In this document: one piece after another, positions 9,834-20,448 of the stretch
How positions within the stretch are numbered: position 1 is the first letter of the stretch
How the letters are laid out: each line of letters starts with the position of its first letter
Translations under genes and position numbers: made by a program
Notes under the pieces: model-generated
Database searches by the model: none
Seen by the model: the letters and a program-made list of their open reading frames with translations, nothing else
Told to the model about the DNA's origin: nothing
NCBI GenBank assembly: GCA_965261545.1
Contig: CBDHDF010000010.1
Coordinates: 1,043,389 to 1,107,388 of the forward strand
Direction of reading: 5' to 3'
Source: Bdellovibrionales bacterium
GTDB taxonomy: Bacteria; Bdellovibrionota; Bdellovibrionia; Bdellovibrionales; UBA1609
Length of the DNA stretch: 64,000 nucleotides

Positions 9834-10952
9834 ATGAGAAAGATAGTCGCAAGGATAGATATAGGAATAGAAAAAAACAAACTTTTGGCCCTCATAGCCT
9901 TAGTGCTTAGCTTAAGTGGCTTTTATGCGTTGGGTCAGGAATCTGAGAGTCCAGATGACAACCTTTTGTTAAATACCAGTGAAGGTGTCAGTGAAGGTGA
10001 AGACCAGCCTAGGGATGTTTTTGATAAATTGGGGAGTAAAATGCGAGATAAGGCTGAAGAGCAGCGGCAGCGAGCGGAGCAGAGGATGCTCAATGATTTC
10101 GAGAATTTTCTCAATCAACGCATAGCTCCGAACCCCCAAGTGTTGCAGCCCGCACAGCCTCCCTCACAGATCGCTCCTCAGATTGTGATGCCACCCCAGC
10201 AACCAGTTCAACCTTCAGTGATTATTATTCCACAACAAGTGCAGCAGCAGGTGTCACCAGAACCCCAAAAAACAAAAGGTGAGGTGGAGCAAGATAGTAT
10301 GGAGAGTGAATTCTCTCGAAGTGAAGATATTGCACGCGAAGAGATTCTTCAACAATCCATGGGAGATTCCTTTTTCAGCTCTCAATCTCAATATTACATG
10401 CGAGGAACTGTGGGAATGGCTAACTATAGCAATGCCACCAATGTGCAGAGCAAGATGGGAGCTGGTTTTTCCATAGGAAGTGATATCAGTAACTTTTTGG
10501 CCTTTGAAATGATGTTTCTTTACTCTCGTCATCTCATTGACGAGAGTTATTGGAAGAATAAATTGGATATATATCAAGAAATGGATCAGTATAACTTTGG
10601 GGCTCTTGGTAAGTACACCTTCTTTTCAGGATTTATTCAACCCTATGTGAGTGGGATTGCAAATATCACTCGACGAAGTTACTCTGAGATTGGTGCAAAA
10701 GTTCGTGATGGTTCTGTAGATATTAAGGATTTGAATAAGAAGGCAAGCTCTATGGCCATGGATATTGGTGCTTCTCTTGGTTTTGAATTCTTATTAACTT
10801 CGAATTTTGCACTTGGTTTTGACTGGCGATATATGAGAAACCTTTACCAAGAAACTGAATTTGACTTTGGCCAATACGGTAGCAACAATGGGACTCCCAT
10901 TGAAAAGATGTCTTATCATATCTTTGGAATTTCGGGTAAAGCTAGGTTTTAG
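9834..10952 (+). CDS. Outer-membrane beta-barrel protein with Pro/Gln-rich N-terminal region
   Basis: Signal-like segment, amphipathic strands, terminal Phe; AAGGAGG SD. Confidence 0.7.
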   Translation: MRKIVARIDIGIEKNKLLALIALVLSLSGFYALGQESESPDDNLLLNTSEGVSEGEDQPRDVFDKLGSKMRDKAEEQRQRAEQRMLNDFENFLNQRIAPNPQVLQPAQPPSQIAPQIVMPPQQPVQPSVIIIPQQVQQQVSPEPQKTKGEVEQDSMESEFSRSEDIAREEILQQSMGDSFFSSQSQYYMRGTVGMANYSNATNVQSKMGAGFSIGSDISNFLAFEMMFLYSRHLIDESYWKNKLDIYQEMDQYNFGALGKYTFFSGFIQPYVSGIANITRRSYSEIGAKVRDGSVDIKDLNKKASSMAMDIGASLGFEFLLTSNFALGFDWRYMRNLYQETEFDFGQYGSNNGTPIEKMSYHIFGISGKARF

Positions 10953-11080
10953 ATTGCATACGAGACGAAGAGCCTCAAGTTTTCCATAACTCAAGCTGCA
11001 AGCTGCATTTCGTAGGCTGTCGTGAACTCCCACTCCCTTAGCAGCTTGTATTTTTACCTTCCTATGGTATCTTCTATAAT

Positions 11081-11746
11081 GTGCCTTGGACATATTTAAG
11101 AACCGTTTTCCCTATCTATATCATTATCTATGTGATACTTCAGTTAGATTCACTTGCATTGGCTTCAAAATCACAACTTATTTCACGCACGGTGGGTCAG
11201 GTTCTCAACCAAGTCATGACAAGCCGTGATGTACTTGCTTCTTACTATGTAGATGAATTTCTTTTTAAGAAAGACAATGTTTCTATCAAAGAGCTTAGCC
11301 TTAAAGATCCCCTTTTCGACAAACAACTTTCAGCTCTTCTTTTTGAATGGACCATTTATCTAGAATCCCAAGGCTTCGACCTCTCTGTGGTTCCAAGAGT
11401 TAAGGTCTTGGACGCCCTAAAGATGGTACAATTAAAGGGGCAAAAGCAGGCTTCTTGGAGGAAACTTCAGATGAGTCGCGGAGAAATTGAAGAGCTTCTT
11501 ATAAGAAAGCTTCAAGCAAAGAAATTCATTCATTTTCGATCCGAGTCTTTAAAACTACCTGTGGCAGAGAATGAAGCGAGAGATTATTTTGATAGCCATG
11601 TTGATAAATTTAGAAATATGGCCTATGAAGACATTAAAGAAAAAATTAAAGCATTCCTTCAAGAAAACAGTTCTCGTCGCACGGAAAAATTAAAAGAATG
11701 GTTTGAAATCCTCCGAATTAAATACAAAGTAAAGAAACATATGTAA
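11081..11746 (+). CDS. Exported protein, SurA N-terminal-like
   Basis: Signal-like N-terminus, RTVGQVLNQVMTSRDV, helical C-terminus. Confidence 0.5.
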   Translation: MPWTYLRTVFPIYIIIYVILQLDSLALASKSQLISRTVGQVLNQVMTSRDVLASYYVDEFLFKKDNVSIKELSLKDPLFDKQLSALLFEWTIYLESQGFDLSVVPRVKVLDALKMVQLKGQKQASWRKLQMSRGEIEELLIRKLQAKKFIHFRSESLKLPVAENEARDYFDSHVDKFRNMAYEDIKEKIKAFLQENSSRRTEKLKEWFEILRIKYKVKKHM

Positions 11747-11793
11747 ATAACCTGAATTCATGGTCAGAAGTATACATCAGGATGACTCTTTTT

Positions 11794-12036
11794 TTATTCA
11801 TCGGGATAGTCTTCTCCAATAAAGTCAATAATTTCCTTCCATTTCTTAATAAGGAAGCCTGGATTGTCAGAACTTCTTTTGACAATGGCACTTGTAATAG
11901 TTGTGGCTATAATGACTCCAACAACAAGGAGCAACACATACTCCACAACCACTTGGCCAAAAGAATTTTTCGACGAATTTTGGCTTTTTGTCTTTTCTTC
12001 TATAAGAACTTCCATTTGTGCTTGCCCTTCTACCAA
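11794..12036 (-). CDS. Flp/Tad pilin-like protein with class III signal peptide
   Basis: GQVVVEYVLLL followed by a hydrophobic helix. Confidence 0.7.
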   Translation of the reverse strand: MVEGQAQMEVLIEEKTKSQNSSKNSFGQVVVEYVLLLVVGVIIATTITSAIVKRSSDNPGFLIKKWKEIIDFIGEDYPDE

Positions 12037-12065
12037 TCAATAGGAACGATCAATAGAACCGTAGG

Positions 12066-12704
12066 ATGATAGGGTTGACGGGATTGTGGTTTAAGTTTAA
12101 ACCATTGTCTATGGCATTGGTACCTCATATCTTATTTTATCAGAGGCTTCTTTCGGGAGTTCTTATTACTGTTATCATAGCAGGGCTTTATTTTTATGCC
12201 AATTCTTACTCCACTCCATTTTTGGATGCTCGTTTGGATTCTCATTATTCGGATTTTCATCAGGGACTTATCCAGAAAGAGAAGCGCTCCCTCGCTCCTT
12301 TGTGGTTACACCAATCTTACATTTCTTCTCAATCATCTGTTGTTTACGTTAATTATTGGTCCTATAACTGTAGAGTTTGCTTGGCGGAGCTTCCAATTCT
12401 TGCTCAATTCCAAAGTGAAGGATTGGCAGGCCAGTACAAGGTGCTTCTTTTTAATGTGGACCAAGGTCTTGATTCTATTAAAGCAGTCAAGGATTATATG
12501 ATTGAGAAATTTCCAAAGGTTCAGAGCATTTACTCACATCCATCGGCCTTTATAGAGGTTGGAAAGGTGGGGGTCATTCCTTACCATCAAATCATAGATA
12601 AAAATGGATATATTGCCGTGGAGTTTATAGGTAAGATTGACTATCATAGGAAGGAGCAAATTAGAAATTGGATTCAGATATTATTGAAAGAGAGTGTGAT
12701 TTAA
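12066..12704 (+). CDS. TlpA-like membrane-anchored thioredoxin
   Basis: YWSYNCRVCLAELP CXXC motif, cis-Pro motif VIPY, N-terminal TM. Confidence 0.75.
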   Translation: MIGLTGLWFKFKPLSMALVPHILFYQRLLSGVLITVIIAGLYFYANSYSTPFLDARLDSHYSDFHQGLIQKEKRSLAPLWLHQSYISSQSSVVYVNYWSYNCRVCLAELPILAQFQSEGLAGQYKVLLFNVDQGLDSIKAVKDYMIEKFPKVQSIYSHPSAFIEVGKVGVIPYHQIIDKNGYIAVEFIGKIDYHRKEQIRNWIQILLKESVI

Positions 12705-12925
12705 AATGATATTTATTCAAAGCTGCTGTTGTTTGAGAGCAAATTTCGTCATAAATAGTTGGGTCATCACCAATAGGCCCTTGGATACCCACCACGAGGT
12801 GAGAATTTAACTCTTCAATTTCAACTCGAAGACTTTTAGGACTTGTCTTATCATTTGTTTCATCATTTTTGTCTAGATCGAAGCTCATAAGAAATGAGTG
12901 GTGATTTGGATAGATCATAATAAAT
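12604..12925 (+). repeat. 322-bp target duplication, left copy (right copy 14839-15160)
   Basis: Same sequence ATGGATATATTG...CATAATAAAT abuts both TIRs of IS1634 copy 2. Confidence 0.95.
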
Positions 12926-14838
12926 CCCGAGTTTGACAGCAGCATCTGCGTTAAAATGCGAAATTTCCAGAAATTGGGGTTGTACTGAAATATAATGGTA
13001 GCTGCTGGAAAAATTAAAATTGACGTAAAAAAAGTGTAGAAAACAAAATAGGATTTTATCGTTTTAAATATTGATATATCATAGAAATATGTAGAAAATA
13101 TCCTCATGTACATCCAAACGACTAAAAACTCAAAAGGTCAGTGCTACTACCACCTTGTGGAGTCCTACAGAGAAAAAGGCAAATCCAAAAAACGCATGCT
13201 CATGTCCTTAGGTAAGGCTGGAGAAGGAGGAGAGGATAAGATTAATAGTTTGGCGCAGGCCGTATCCCGCCACCGAGAGCTTCTCACTGTGAGTCAATTG
13301 GCTAAGGAGCTTTACATCGAAGAGACTTTCATTTTGGGTCCCTTGCTGATTTTACAAAAGTTGTTTGATCAACTGGGTATCAATAAGACCCTCAAAGACA
13401 TAAAAGATTCTCATGAGAAAGTTCAATTTGATTTATGTAAGGTGATTTTTACCTTAGTTGCCACCCGATTTATTGCTCCTAGTTCCAAGTTAAAGGTTTT
13501 TGAGTATTGGCAAAAATCTTTTTACCCAGACATGATTAAGGGTGATTTGAGTCTCCAGCATATTTATCGGTCTATGGACTTACTTGCCTCCCATAAGGAT
13601 GAAATAGAGAACTCGCTTTATTGGGTGGGGCGAGATTTATTTAATTTCCAAGTAGACATTGTGTTGTATGATTTAACAACCTTACGCTTCGAGAGTACAA
13701 GAACAGACTTAGGGAAACTTCGTCAATTTGGCTATAGTAAAGAGAGACGATCAGACTGCACCCAAGTTGTCTTTGGTTTGTTGGTGAATCGGGATGGCAT
13801 CCCTTTAGGTTTTGAGGTTTTCCCTGGTAATACTTTTGAAGGCAAGACGCTTTCAGATATTGTTGATAAAATGAGAAAAAAGTTTAATGTACGCCGTTTC
13901 ATTTTTGTGGCTGATAGGGGGCTTTTATCAAAGGCTAATACTGACAAACTCAGTGAGGATCAAAGCGAGTTTATTGTTGGTATGAAGCTTGGATCTTTAA
14001 AAAAAGAAAAGAAACAAGAGGTCTATGATTTAAATCGTTTTAGCTGGGTATATGAGAATGAGCTTGCTGTTTACGAAACAGACCATGGGGGGCATAGATG
14101 TATTGTGACTTGGTCTAGGAAAAGAGCAGAGAGAGATAAAAAATCTAGAGAATCCCTTCTTGAAAAGATCGAAGGAAAACTATCTTCTAAAGGTGTTCAG
14201 TCTAGTACTTTTGTTTCCAATAAAGGTTATAAGAAATATGTAAAGATGGCTGACGACAAAAATAAAAAACATGAATTAAATGCAGAACAAATAGAATTAG
14301 ATGAAAAAATTGATGGTTTTTTTGCCGTCCTTACAAATGTCAAAGACTTGACGGCAGATGAGATTATTATCAACTACAAAGAATTGTGGAAAATTGAAGA
14401 TGCTTTTGGTGAGTTAAAAGGGACTTTGAAAACACGTCCTGTTTTCCATTGGACAGACCAGAGGATTATTGGACATTTAACTCTATGCTTTTTAACTTAT
14501 CTTTGTGAGGCCCACCTTACAAAATGTTTAAGAGATAAGAAGATGAACCTAAAAAGCCCAGCCATAGGCATTGGTCATGTTAAAGAGCGACCTTTAACTG
14601 TTGTAGAGGCCATGAGGGAACTCAAGGAAGTTAGGGCTATCCCTGTTAAAATTCGTGATCAAGTCATTTGGACCCGCACAGATATCACTGGCAATGCCAA
14701 CTCCTTATTTAAAGCCGCAGGCGTCCCCATCCCTCCCAGAATCCTTAATGCCCACAAGTGTGGATAAACAAAATACAACTATATGCGTTAATCCTTTAAT
14801 ATCATTCGTTTGACGCAGATGCTGCTGTCAAACTCGGG
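12926..14838 (+). mobile_element. IS1634-family copy 2, intact, 1913 bp
   Basis: 26-bp perfect TIRs, single ORF, long flanking direct repeat. Confidence 0.97.
13106..14767 (+). CDS. IS1634-family transposase, 553 aa
   Basis: YDLTTLRFE, FGYSKERRSD..QV, PGNT.E, VADRG and YKELWKIEDAF...K..L..RPVFH. Confidence 0.93.
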   Translation: MYIQTTKNSKGQCYYHLVESYREKGKSKKRMLMSLGKAGEGGEDKINSLAQAVSRHRELLTVSQLAKELYIEETFILGPLLILQKLFDQLGINKTLKDIKDSHEKVQFDLCKVIFTLVATRFIAPSSKLKVFEYWQKSFYPDMIKGDLSLQHIYRSMDLLASHKDEIENSLYWVGRDLFNFQVDIVLYDLTTLRFESTRTDLGKLRQFGYSKERRSDCTQVVFGLLVNRDGIPLGFEVFPGNTFEGKTLSDIVDKMRKKFNVRRFIFVADRGLLSKANTDKLSEDQSEFIVGMKLGSLKKEKKQEVYDLNRFSWVYENELAVYETDHGGHRCIVTWSRKRAERDKKSRESLLEKIEGKLSSKGVQSSTFVSNKGYKKYVKMADDKNKKHELNAEQIELDEKIDGFFAVLTNVKDLTADEIIINYKELWKIEDAFGELKGTLKTRPVFHWTDQRIIGHLTLCFLTYLCEAHLTKCLRDKKMNLKSPAIGIGHVKERPLTVVEAMRELKEVRAIPVKIRDQVIWTRTDITGNANSLFKAAGVPIPPRILNAHKCG

Positions 14839-14895
14839 ATGGATATATTGCCGTGGAGTTTATAGGTAAGATTGACTATCATAGGAAGGAGCAAA

Positions 14896-15351
14896 TTAGA
14901 AATTGGATTCAGATATTATTGAAAGAGAGTGTGATTTAAAATGATATTTATTCAAAGCTGCTGTTGTTTGAGAGCAAATTTCGTCATAAATAGTTGGGTC
15001 ATCACCAATAGGCCCTTGGATACCCACCACGAGGTGAGAATTTAACTCTTCAATTTCAACTCGAAGACTTTTAGGACTTGTCTTATCATTTGTTTCATCA
15101 TTTTTGTCTAGATCGAAGCTCATAAGAAATGAGTGGTGATTTGGATAGATCATAATAAATATATAGTGGCTCCTTACGTCAAGGAGGTATTGTTTTTCTT
15201 CAAATTGCTTCTTAAGCCTGAAGTATACCTTGAGGGCATCGGGTTCTTGGTGTTGGACGAAGTGGATACGGATGGCCCCATCGTAAATGGCAGCATTGAA
15301 GTCGGGGAGGAAATAATGTGATTGAATTAGACTAGAGATGGTTTCTTCCAT
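14896..15351 (-). CDS. Hypothetical protein; 3' half lies in the duplicated segment
   Basis: 151-aa ORF with AAGGAGG SD. Confidence 0.7.
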   Translation of the reverse strand: MEETISSLIQSHYFLPDFNAAIYDGAIRIHFVQHQEPDALKVYFRLKKQFEEKQYLLDVRSHYIFIMIYPNHHSFLMSFDLDKNDETNDKTSPKSLRVEIEELNSHLVVGIQGPIGDDPTIYDEICSQTTAALNKYHFKSHSLSIISESNF

Positions 15352-15575
15352 AGATGGTCCTCCTTCAGTGTGAAATCAAACAGTAAGAGCAACAAGTTTA
15401 AGATTAGAAAACTTGATTCCATAAAGTCCAATGTTTTTTTGATTTTCTAGCGTAAAGACCTAAAAAAATCCATAAAAATCCATTGTGGCTCGTTGGGAGA
15501 AGTTTTGGATGGATAATGGAGGAGGGCGCGGAGCGATGAAGTGTCGATGATGCTCCTGCTGTCTTTTAGTCCGTA

Positions 15576-15713
15576 TTATTTCTGGCTATCTCCGAAAAGT
15601 TCGACGGCCGTCTTGGTCGTTCCGTTCTTACGAAGTTTAGCTTTGCGTGTTTTGCCCTTTTGAGCTTCTTTTCTTTTGCGAATCTTGCGTGTTTTCTTTG
15701 TGGGTGAGGCCAT
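15576..15713 (-). CDS. Small very basic protein, 45 aa, absent from the ORF track
   Basis: MASPTKKTRKIRKRKEAQKGKTRKAKLRKNGTTKTAVELFGDSQK with AAGGA upstream. Confidence 0.65.
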   Translation of the reverse strand: MASPTKKTRKIRKRKEAQKGKTRKAKLRKNGTTKTAVELFGDSQK

Positions 15714-15801
15714 GCTTCTTCCTTAGTTAGTGCTATTTTTATTATTTGCAACTGGCTAGCTCTTTGGTCACTAGTTTGCTGCTACTTATCCCTAGCATTT
15801 A

Positions 15802-16782
15802 TCAAAAGGAGGTTCCAAGGTCAATGCCATGCATGATTTTTCTACTCGCATCAGCTCTGGTGTCATGTTTTGTAAAAGAGTAGTTGAGGTGCCAGCGAGG
15901 AAAATTGAAGGTGGCTCCTGCGGTGTAACTATTGTTTTGTGTGATTTTGTCAATCTTTCCACCAGCCCGGAAGGTGATATACTTGGAAATGGTACTTTCC
16001 ACTCCCCCGTGGTAGGAAATTTGATCGTCGGGGTTGTTTTTCTTGGGGAGAGTAATGTCAAATTTTATTTTTAGAAATGGGGATGTAATGTAGACAGCCC
16101 CTACCCCCCAGTTGGGAATGAGTCTTAAGTGGGGGGGGATTTTTGTGCTTGGCTCATTGAGGTGGTGGTAGACGAGGCCTAAGCCTAAAGCACTGTGGGG
16201 ATTCCAATGAAGCCCAAGGATGCCATTCCATTGTCTGTAGGATTGTCGGGCTCCCTTTACTTCCTCTTGTTGCAATCTATAAACTGAAGCTCCAAGGGCC
16301 CATTGATTGTAAATAAAATGACCCAAGGAAACTTGCCAAACTTTTTCTTTGATCTCCGAAAAGCCATCAATGATTTTACGACTTTGGGCGTACCTCACAG
16401 CCCCTGGGGCAAGGACTCCGGGATGATTATCGGCCATGGAAAATCCAAGGGTTGTTTCTTCGGAGTTCATCTCTGAATGGCCTGTGAAGTAGTACAAGGA
16501 ACTACTAAGTATAGGGGCATGGGCAAGGCTTGCGGGGTTGAGAAAGGCTGATTCACTGACCTCTGTGCTGGCGAGTCCTGCGCCACCAACTCCCTGTGAA
16601 ATAGGTCCTAACGTTAAAGAATAACTATATGCAGTATTTCCCGCTAAGTAAATCATGGAGTGTATGAGAAGGAGGGCTATAGAGTGAAAATGCCGAGGGT
16701 TCTCATAAGGCCACAAGTTGTAAATACATTTGTACACATTAAGCGTGTTAAGCACATTAAGCATACTAAACACATTATACAA
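15802..16782 (-). CDS. FadL/PorV-like outer-membrane barrel protein; true start probably downstream
   Basis: GVGGAGLA...SAFLNPASLA motif, amphipathic strands, terminal Phe. Confidence 0.65.
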   Translation of the reverse strand: MYNVFSMLNVLNTLNVYKCIYNLWPYENPRHFHSIALLLIHSMIYLAGNTAYSYSLTLGPISQGVGGAGLASTEVSESAFLNPASLAHAPILSSSLYYFTGHSEMNSEETTLGFSMADNHPGVLAPGAVRYAQSRKIIDGFSEIKEKVWQVSLGHFIYNQWALGASVYRLQQEEVKGARQSYRQWNGILGLHWNPHSALGLGLVYHHLNEPSTKIPPHLRLIPNWGVGAVYITSPFLKIKFDITLPKKNNPDDQISYHGGVESTISKYITFRAGGKIDKITQNNSYTAGATFNFPRWHLNYSFTKHDTRADASRKIMHGIDLGTSF

Positions 16783-16959
16783 AGGGCATAGGTTTTGGCA
16801 AACTTTTAGTATTATTTATATTAATTATTGGTTATATTTATGAATAAGACAAGTATATGTTATGCAATAAGTACAAGTTATATAATAAGTACAAGTTATG
16901 CAAGAGGCAAGAATTATTGGGTTACAGCCATAGATTAAAGTTGTTTGCTAGGAGGGCAT

Positions 16960-19563
16960 CTTATGACTGAAGCGTCTCAAGCGCTAGAAAATACGTCTTC
17001 GATCCCTTTTGCTTCAATCCTAGGCTCTTCAGCCCTAACCCCTTCGGTTTTGGGCTCTTCACCCACTTTTGATTATGTTGTGGTGTCTTTTGAAAGTTTA
17101 GATAACTCTTTCCACAGCGGTTTTCTTGAAGAGATTTCTGCCTATGAAATGGCTTTATCTGCTCCTTCTATTCCCAAGAGCTTATCTGAGGGGCAAACGT
17201 TTAAAAATATACAATTTCAGGGAAGGATTTCAGAAAGGTTCCATGCAAAGCTTTTTTTAAGGAAAATTGTTCTTAGGTGTGAGAGTCACATTTTTGTTTT
17301 TCAAGTGTCAGGTGCATGTGAAGCATGGAATCAAGTTACAGCCATACTCTCTTCTCTTCATCACAGGGAAGCATTTTCTCCCATTTTTTACAGTAAAAGC
17401 CAGTTGGAGAAACAGTCTCACAAGGGGGATTTTCAGCAAAGAACACCTCCAGTTGAGGATTTTATGACAGGTGGTGAAGAAAGTGAAGCTCAATATGTCC
17501 GTGTTGACAATCCCTTTATGAATCCCCAGTGGTTTTATCCTTCATTATCTTCTTATTTTTTCAAGGCTTATATTGTGGTGGCCGATGAAGTCATTGGCGT
17601 TGAAAAGGTTCATCGGTGTTTGTTGGATTTGGGGATCGACAGAAGTTATTTTTCAAAAAAGGCCAATGGGGTGAGTGTTGATTTTTTTGATAGTCTCATG
17701 GATCATCTTGGGCAACATTGTGATATCGAGGAGCTTCATCAAAGAGCTGGAACTAGGGTTGTTAAGACACATTTTTTAAGGGAATATCAGAATTTCTTTT
17801 CTTTCGTATACAATCCGAATGTGGTTTTTAAGAGAATTCATCATTTCTTTGATCGATTGAGTCCATCGAGAACTTATTCCTATGAAAAGCTTAGTTATGT
17901 AAGTGGGCTTGTTTGCATGGGATGGAGGGAGGGGCACAAGCCTTCTCATCAAAAAAATCAAGATTGTGAATTCTGGAAATCTGTCTTTGAAACTCACCTT
18001 CATTTAATCACGGGGTTTCCTGGGCGGGTGAAGAAAGTGACATGTTGTCACGATGGTCATAGCTATTGTTCATACAAACTAGAATGGGAGCCAACGAAGT
18101 ATAAGAGGTTAATGACCTTCATGCTTCTTTTGACTTTTGGTTTATGTGCGTGGCTTTATATTCAAGGGGGTTTGCAATGGGTCGTATATATCTTATTGGG
18201 CTTGTGGATTTTAAGATTACTTTTTTCTTTGAGAGATGAAAGAGATAGAATAAAAGAAGAACTCAATATTCAAAATGAAGGTCTTATTCAAAAATATGGT
18301 GAACTTCAAGATGCTAAGAATACAGCCTATGAAGCATACCACGAGGCTCAAATTCTCTCCGAATTGACAAAGAGAATTCATAGTTTTGAAAAAATTGAAA
18401 ATATACTCAATCCCACACTTAAAGGCATTTGCGTTAGATTTGAGTATGATCGCGCTTTTGTTATGCTACCCGATAGTTTGCACAGTTATCTCGAAGTTAA
18501 ATCGGCTTATGGTCTGAGGGAAAAGAGCTTACATATTTGGAACTATAAGGTGTCTTTGGTTGGTCAAGCTGAGTTGGCCAGGTTTATGGCAACGTCTTTT
18601 AAGACAGGTCAACCTCTTATCTTAACAGATCTTCCACACTCTGAGGAATCTCAATTTAGCGAAGCTTCTCAGATTTTCATCAAAGCTTTTCATCCTGAAA
18701 ATATATGCCTTATGCCCATGAAAGTGAATGGTGAAGCTGTGGGCCTCTTGGTCGTGGAGAGAAAAAAAGAAGCCGGAGATATTTCACAAAGAGATATTAC
18801 TCTTTTGGAGAGATTGGGGCAGACCCTAGGGTTGGCCATAGAAAAGGAGAAACAATACGAGAGGGAATCTTTGCTGCGAAGTTCATTTCAAAGATTTGTT
18901 CCCATGAAATTGGTGGATAGTTTTTTAGACAAAACGATAGATGCATTGAAGAGTGAAAAGAAAAATATCACAGTGGTTTTTGTTGATATTAGGGACTTCA
19001 CTGAACTGACGAATCAAATGATCCCTGAAAAATTAGTTTATTTTCTCAATAGATTTTATTCAGTCACCAATATCGCAGCAAAAAATACAGGGGGAATGAT
19101 TGATAAATTCTTAGGAGATGGAGTGCTTGTTCTTTGGGGAGTCTATAATGAATCTTTGAATTATGGTGAATCCTTGAGCCAAGAGTCAAGGGCCTTGGAG
19201 TTCTTTAAGCAACTTCAAGGGGGGTTGAAAGCTATCAATGAGGAGGATGTTCAATGGAACCTTCCCGAGGTAAAAGTGGGTGTGGGTATGGGCTCTGGGG
19301 AAGCGATTGTTGGTACTTTGGGGGATAATATCAAAATGGAACACACGGCTGTGGGTCCGGTGGTCAATCTGGCCTCTCGTTTGGAGGGTTTATGCAAAAT
19401 CCATGGCACTGAGTGTGTTGTCTCCTCTGAATTCCTGAAAAAGTTAAACCCCTTTGAGCAGAGTCAATTTGAGGTCTTGAGAGAAGAATATATACATGGT
19501 GTGGGTCGATATATAGAGGTGGGAGTGATTCGGCCTTCAGAAAAACAATTTTTTTCTCAATAA
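16960..19563 (+). CDS. Class III adenylate/guanylate cyclase with V4R-like, TM and GAF domains
   Basis: VFVDIRDFT, DKFLGDG and VNLASRLE; CCHDGHSYCSY V4R-like motif; two TM helices; GAF-like segment. ORF track start is 16945; first ATG is at 16963. Confidence 0.85.
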   Translation, partial: LMTEASQALENTSSIPFASILGSSALTPSVLGSSPTFDYVVVSFESLDNSFHSGFLEEISAYEMALSAPSIPKSLSEGQTFKNIQFQGRISERFHAKLFLRKIVLRCESHIFVFQVSGACEAWNQVTAILSSLHHREAFSPIFYSKSQLEKQSHKGDFQQRTPPVEDFMTGGEESEAQYVRVDNPFMNPQWFYPSLSSYFFKAYIVVADEVIGVEKVHRCLLDLGIDRSYFSKKANGVSVDFFDSLMDHLGQHCDIEELHQRAGTRVVKTHFLREYQNFFSFVYNPNVVFKRIHHFFDRLSPSRTYSYEKLSYVSGLVCMGWREGHKPSHQKNQDCEFWKSVFETHLHLITGFPGRVKKVTCCHDGHSYCSYKLEWEPTKYKRLMTFMLLLTFGLCAWLYIQGGLQWVVYILLGLWILRLLFSLRDERDRIKEELNIQNEGLIQKYGELQDAKNTAYEAYHEAQILSELTKRIHSFEKIENILNPTLKGICVRFEYDRAFVMLPDSLHSYLEVKSAYGLREKSLHIWNYKVSLVGQAELARFMATSFKTGQPLILTDLPHSEESQFSEASQIFIKAFHPENICLMPMKVNGEAVGLLVVERKKEAGDISQRDITLLERLGQTLGLAIEKEKQYERESLLRSSFQRFVPMKLVDSFLDKTIDALKSEKKNITVVFVDIRDFTELTNQMIPEKLVYFLNRFYSVTNIAAKNTGGMIDKFLGDGVLVLWGVYNESLNYGESLSQESRALEFFKQLQGGLKAINEEDVQWNLPEVKVGVGMGSGEAIVGTLGDNIKMEHTAVGPVVNLASRLEGLCKIHGTECVVSSEFLKKLNPFEQSQFEVLREEYIHGVGRYIEVGVIRPSEKQFFSQ

Positions 19564-20448
19564 AAGTCAATAAAAGTCAATAAAAGAAATAGATATTCCG
19601 ATAAGTTCGATAAGTCTAAGATAATTCTAAGATAATTCTAATCTAAGTTTAATTAAATCTAATTAAGCTTGATGATAAATCCTGTCATGGTTCGAAGGGC
19701 TCGAGGAATATAAGGAGAATTATAAGATTGTGAAAGTGGCGAAGAAGAAAAGATTGGCATGGAGATGGGTGGGTTTCGAGCCTGTAAACTATTTTGTGTA
19801 ACTGCCGAATCATATTAGGATGAACTATCATCCTGAAAGGAGAAGGCAGAATGGATATCAAGACAATAGGCAAGGAACTAGCGAAGAGCGTCAAGACCCA
19901 AAAGGATTTATCCGACATAACGGGTCAACTGATGAAGGTTGTTTTAGAGACAGCTCTTAATGCGGAAATGGACGATCACCTAGGTTATGAGAGGCATGAG
20001 AAGTCTGAGACCCGCAAATCCAACACTCGCAATGGTTACAGTAGAAAGACCATAAAGGGAGAGAAAGGCGAGGTGGAGCTTCAGGTCCCCCGTGACCGAA
20101 GTGCCTCCTTTGAGCCCCAAGTCATTCCCAAAGGCAAGACTCGTCTTGAGGGCTTTGAAGACAGTATTCTGACCCTCTATGCGAGGGGAATGACGACCAG
20201 GGATATTCAAGGAGCTATCAAAGACCTTTACCATGGTGCAGAGATATCCCACTCAGTGATAGCCAACGTGACGGATGCTGTTATTGATGAAGTTACGGCT
20301 TGGCAGAACCGCCCCTTGGATAGCACTTACCCTATCGTATTTTTGGACTGTATCGTGGTGAATGCTGAATTTCACGAGTTTGACCCACTGAATTTCACGA
20401 AGTTTGACCCACCCCTCAGTCAGTCAATTTGAGGTCCAATTTTGAATT

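Noticed and set aside
12661..13113. 150-aa ORF joining the IS1634 left end to a host gene 3' half (similar read-out ORFs at 2622, 29634 and 33144)
   Set aside because: Antisense frame starting at the palindromic ATGTACAT over the transposase start with no SD; the in-frame fusion is a by-product of the duplication.
15566..15751. 61-aa ORF from the track
   Set aside because: The overlapping 45-aa frame has an ATG start, an SD-like sequence and a more coherent composition.
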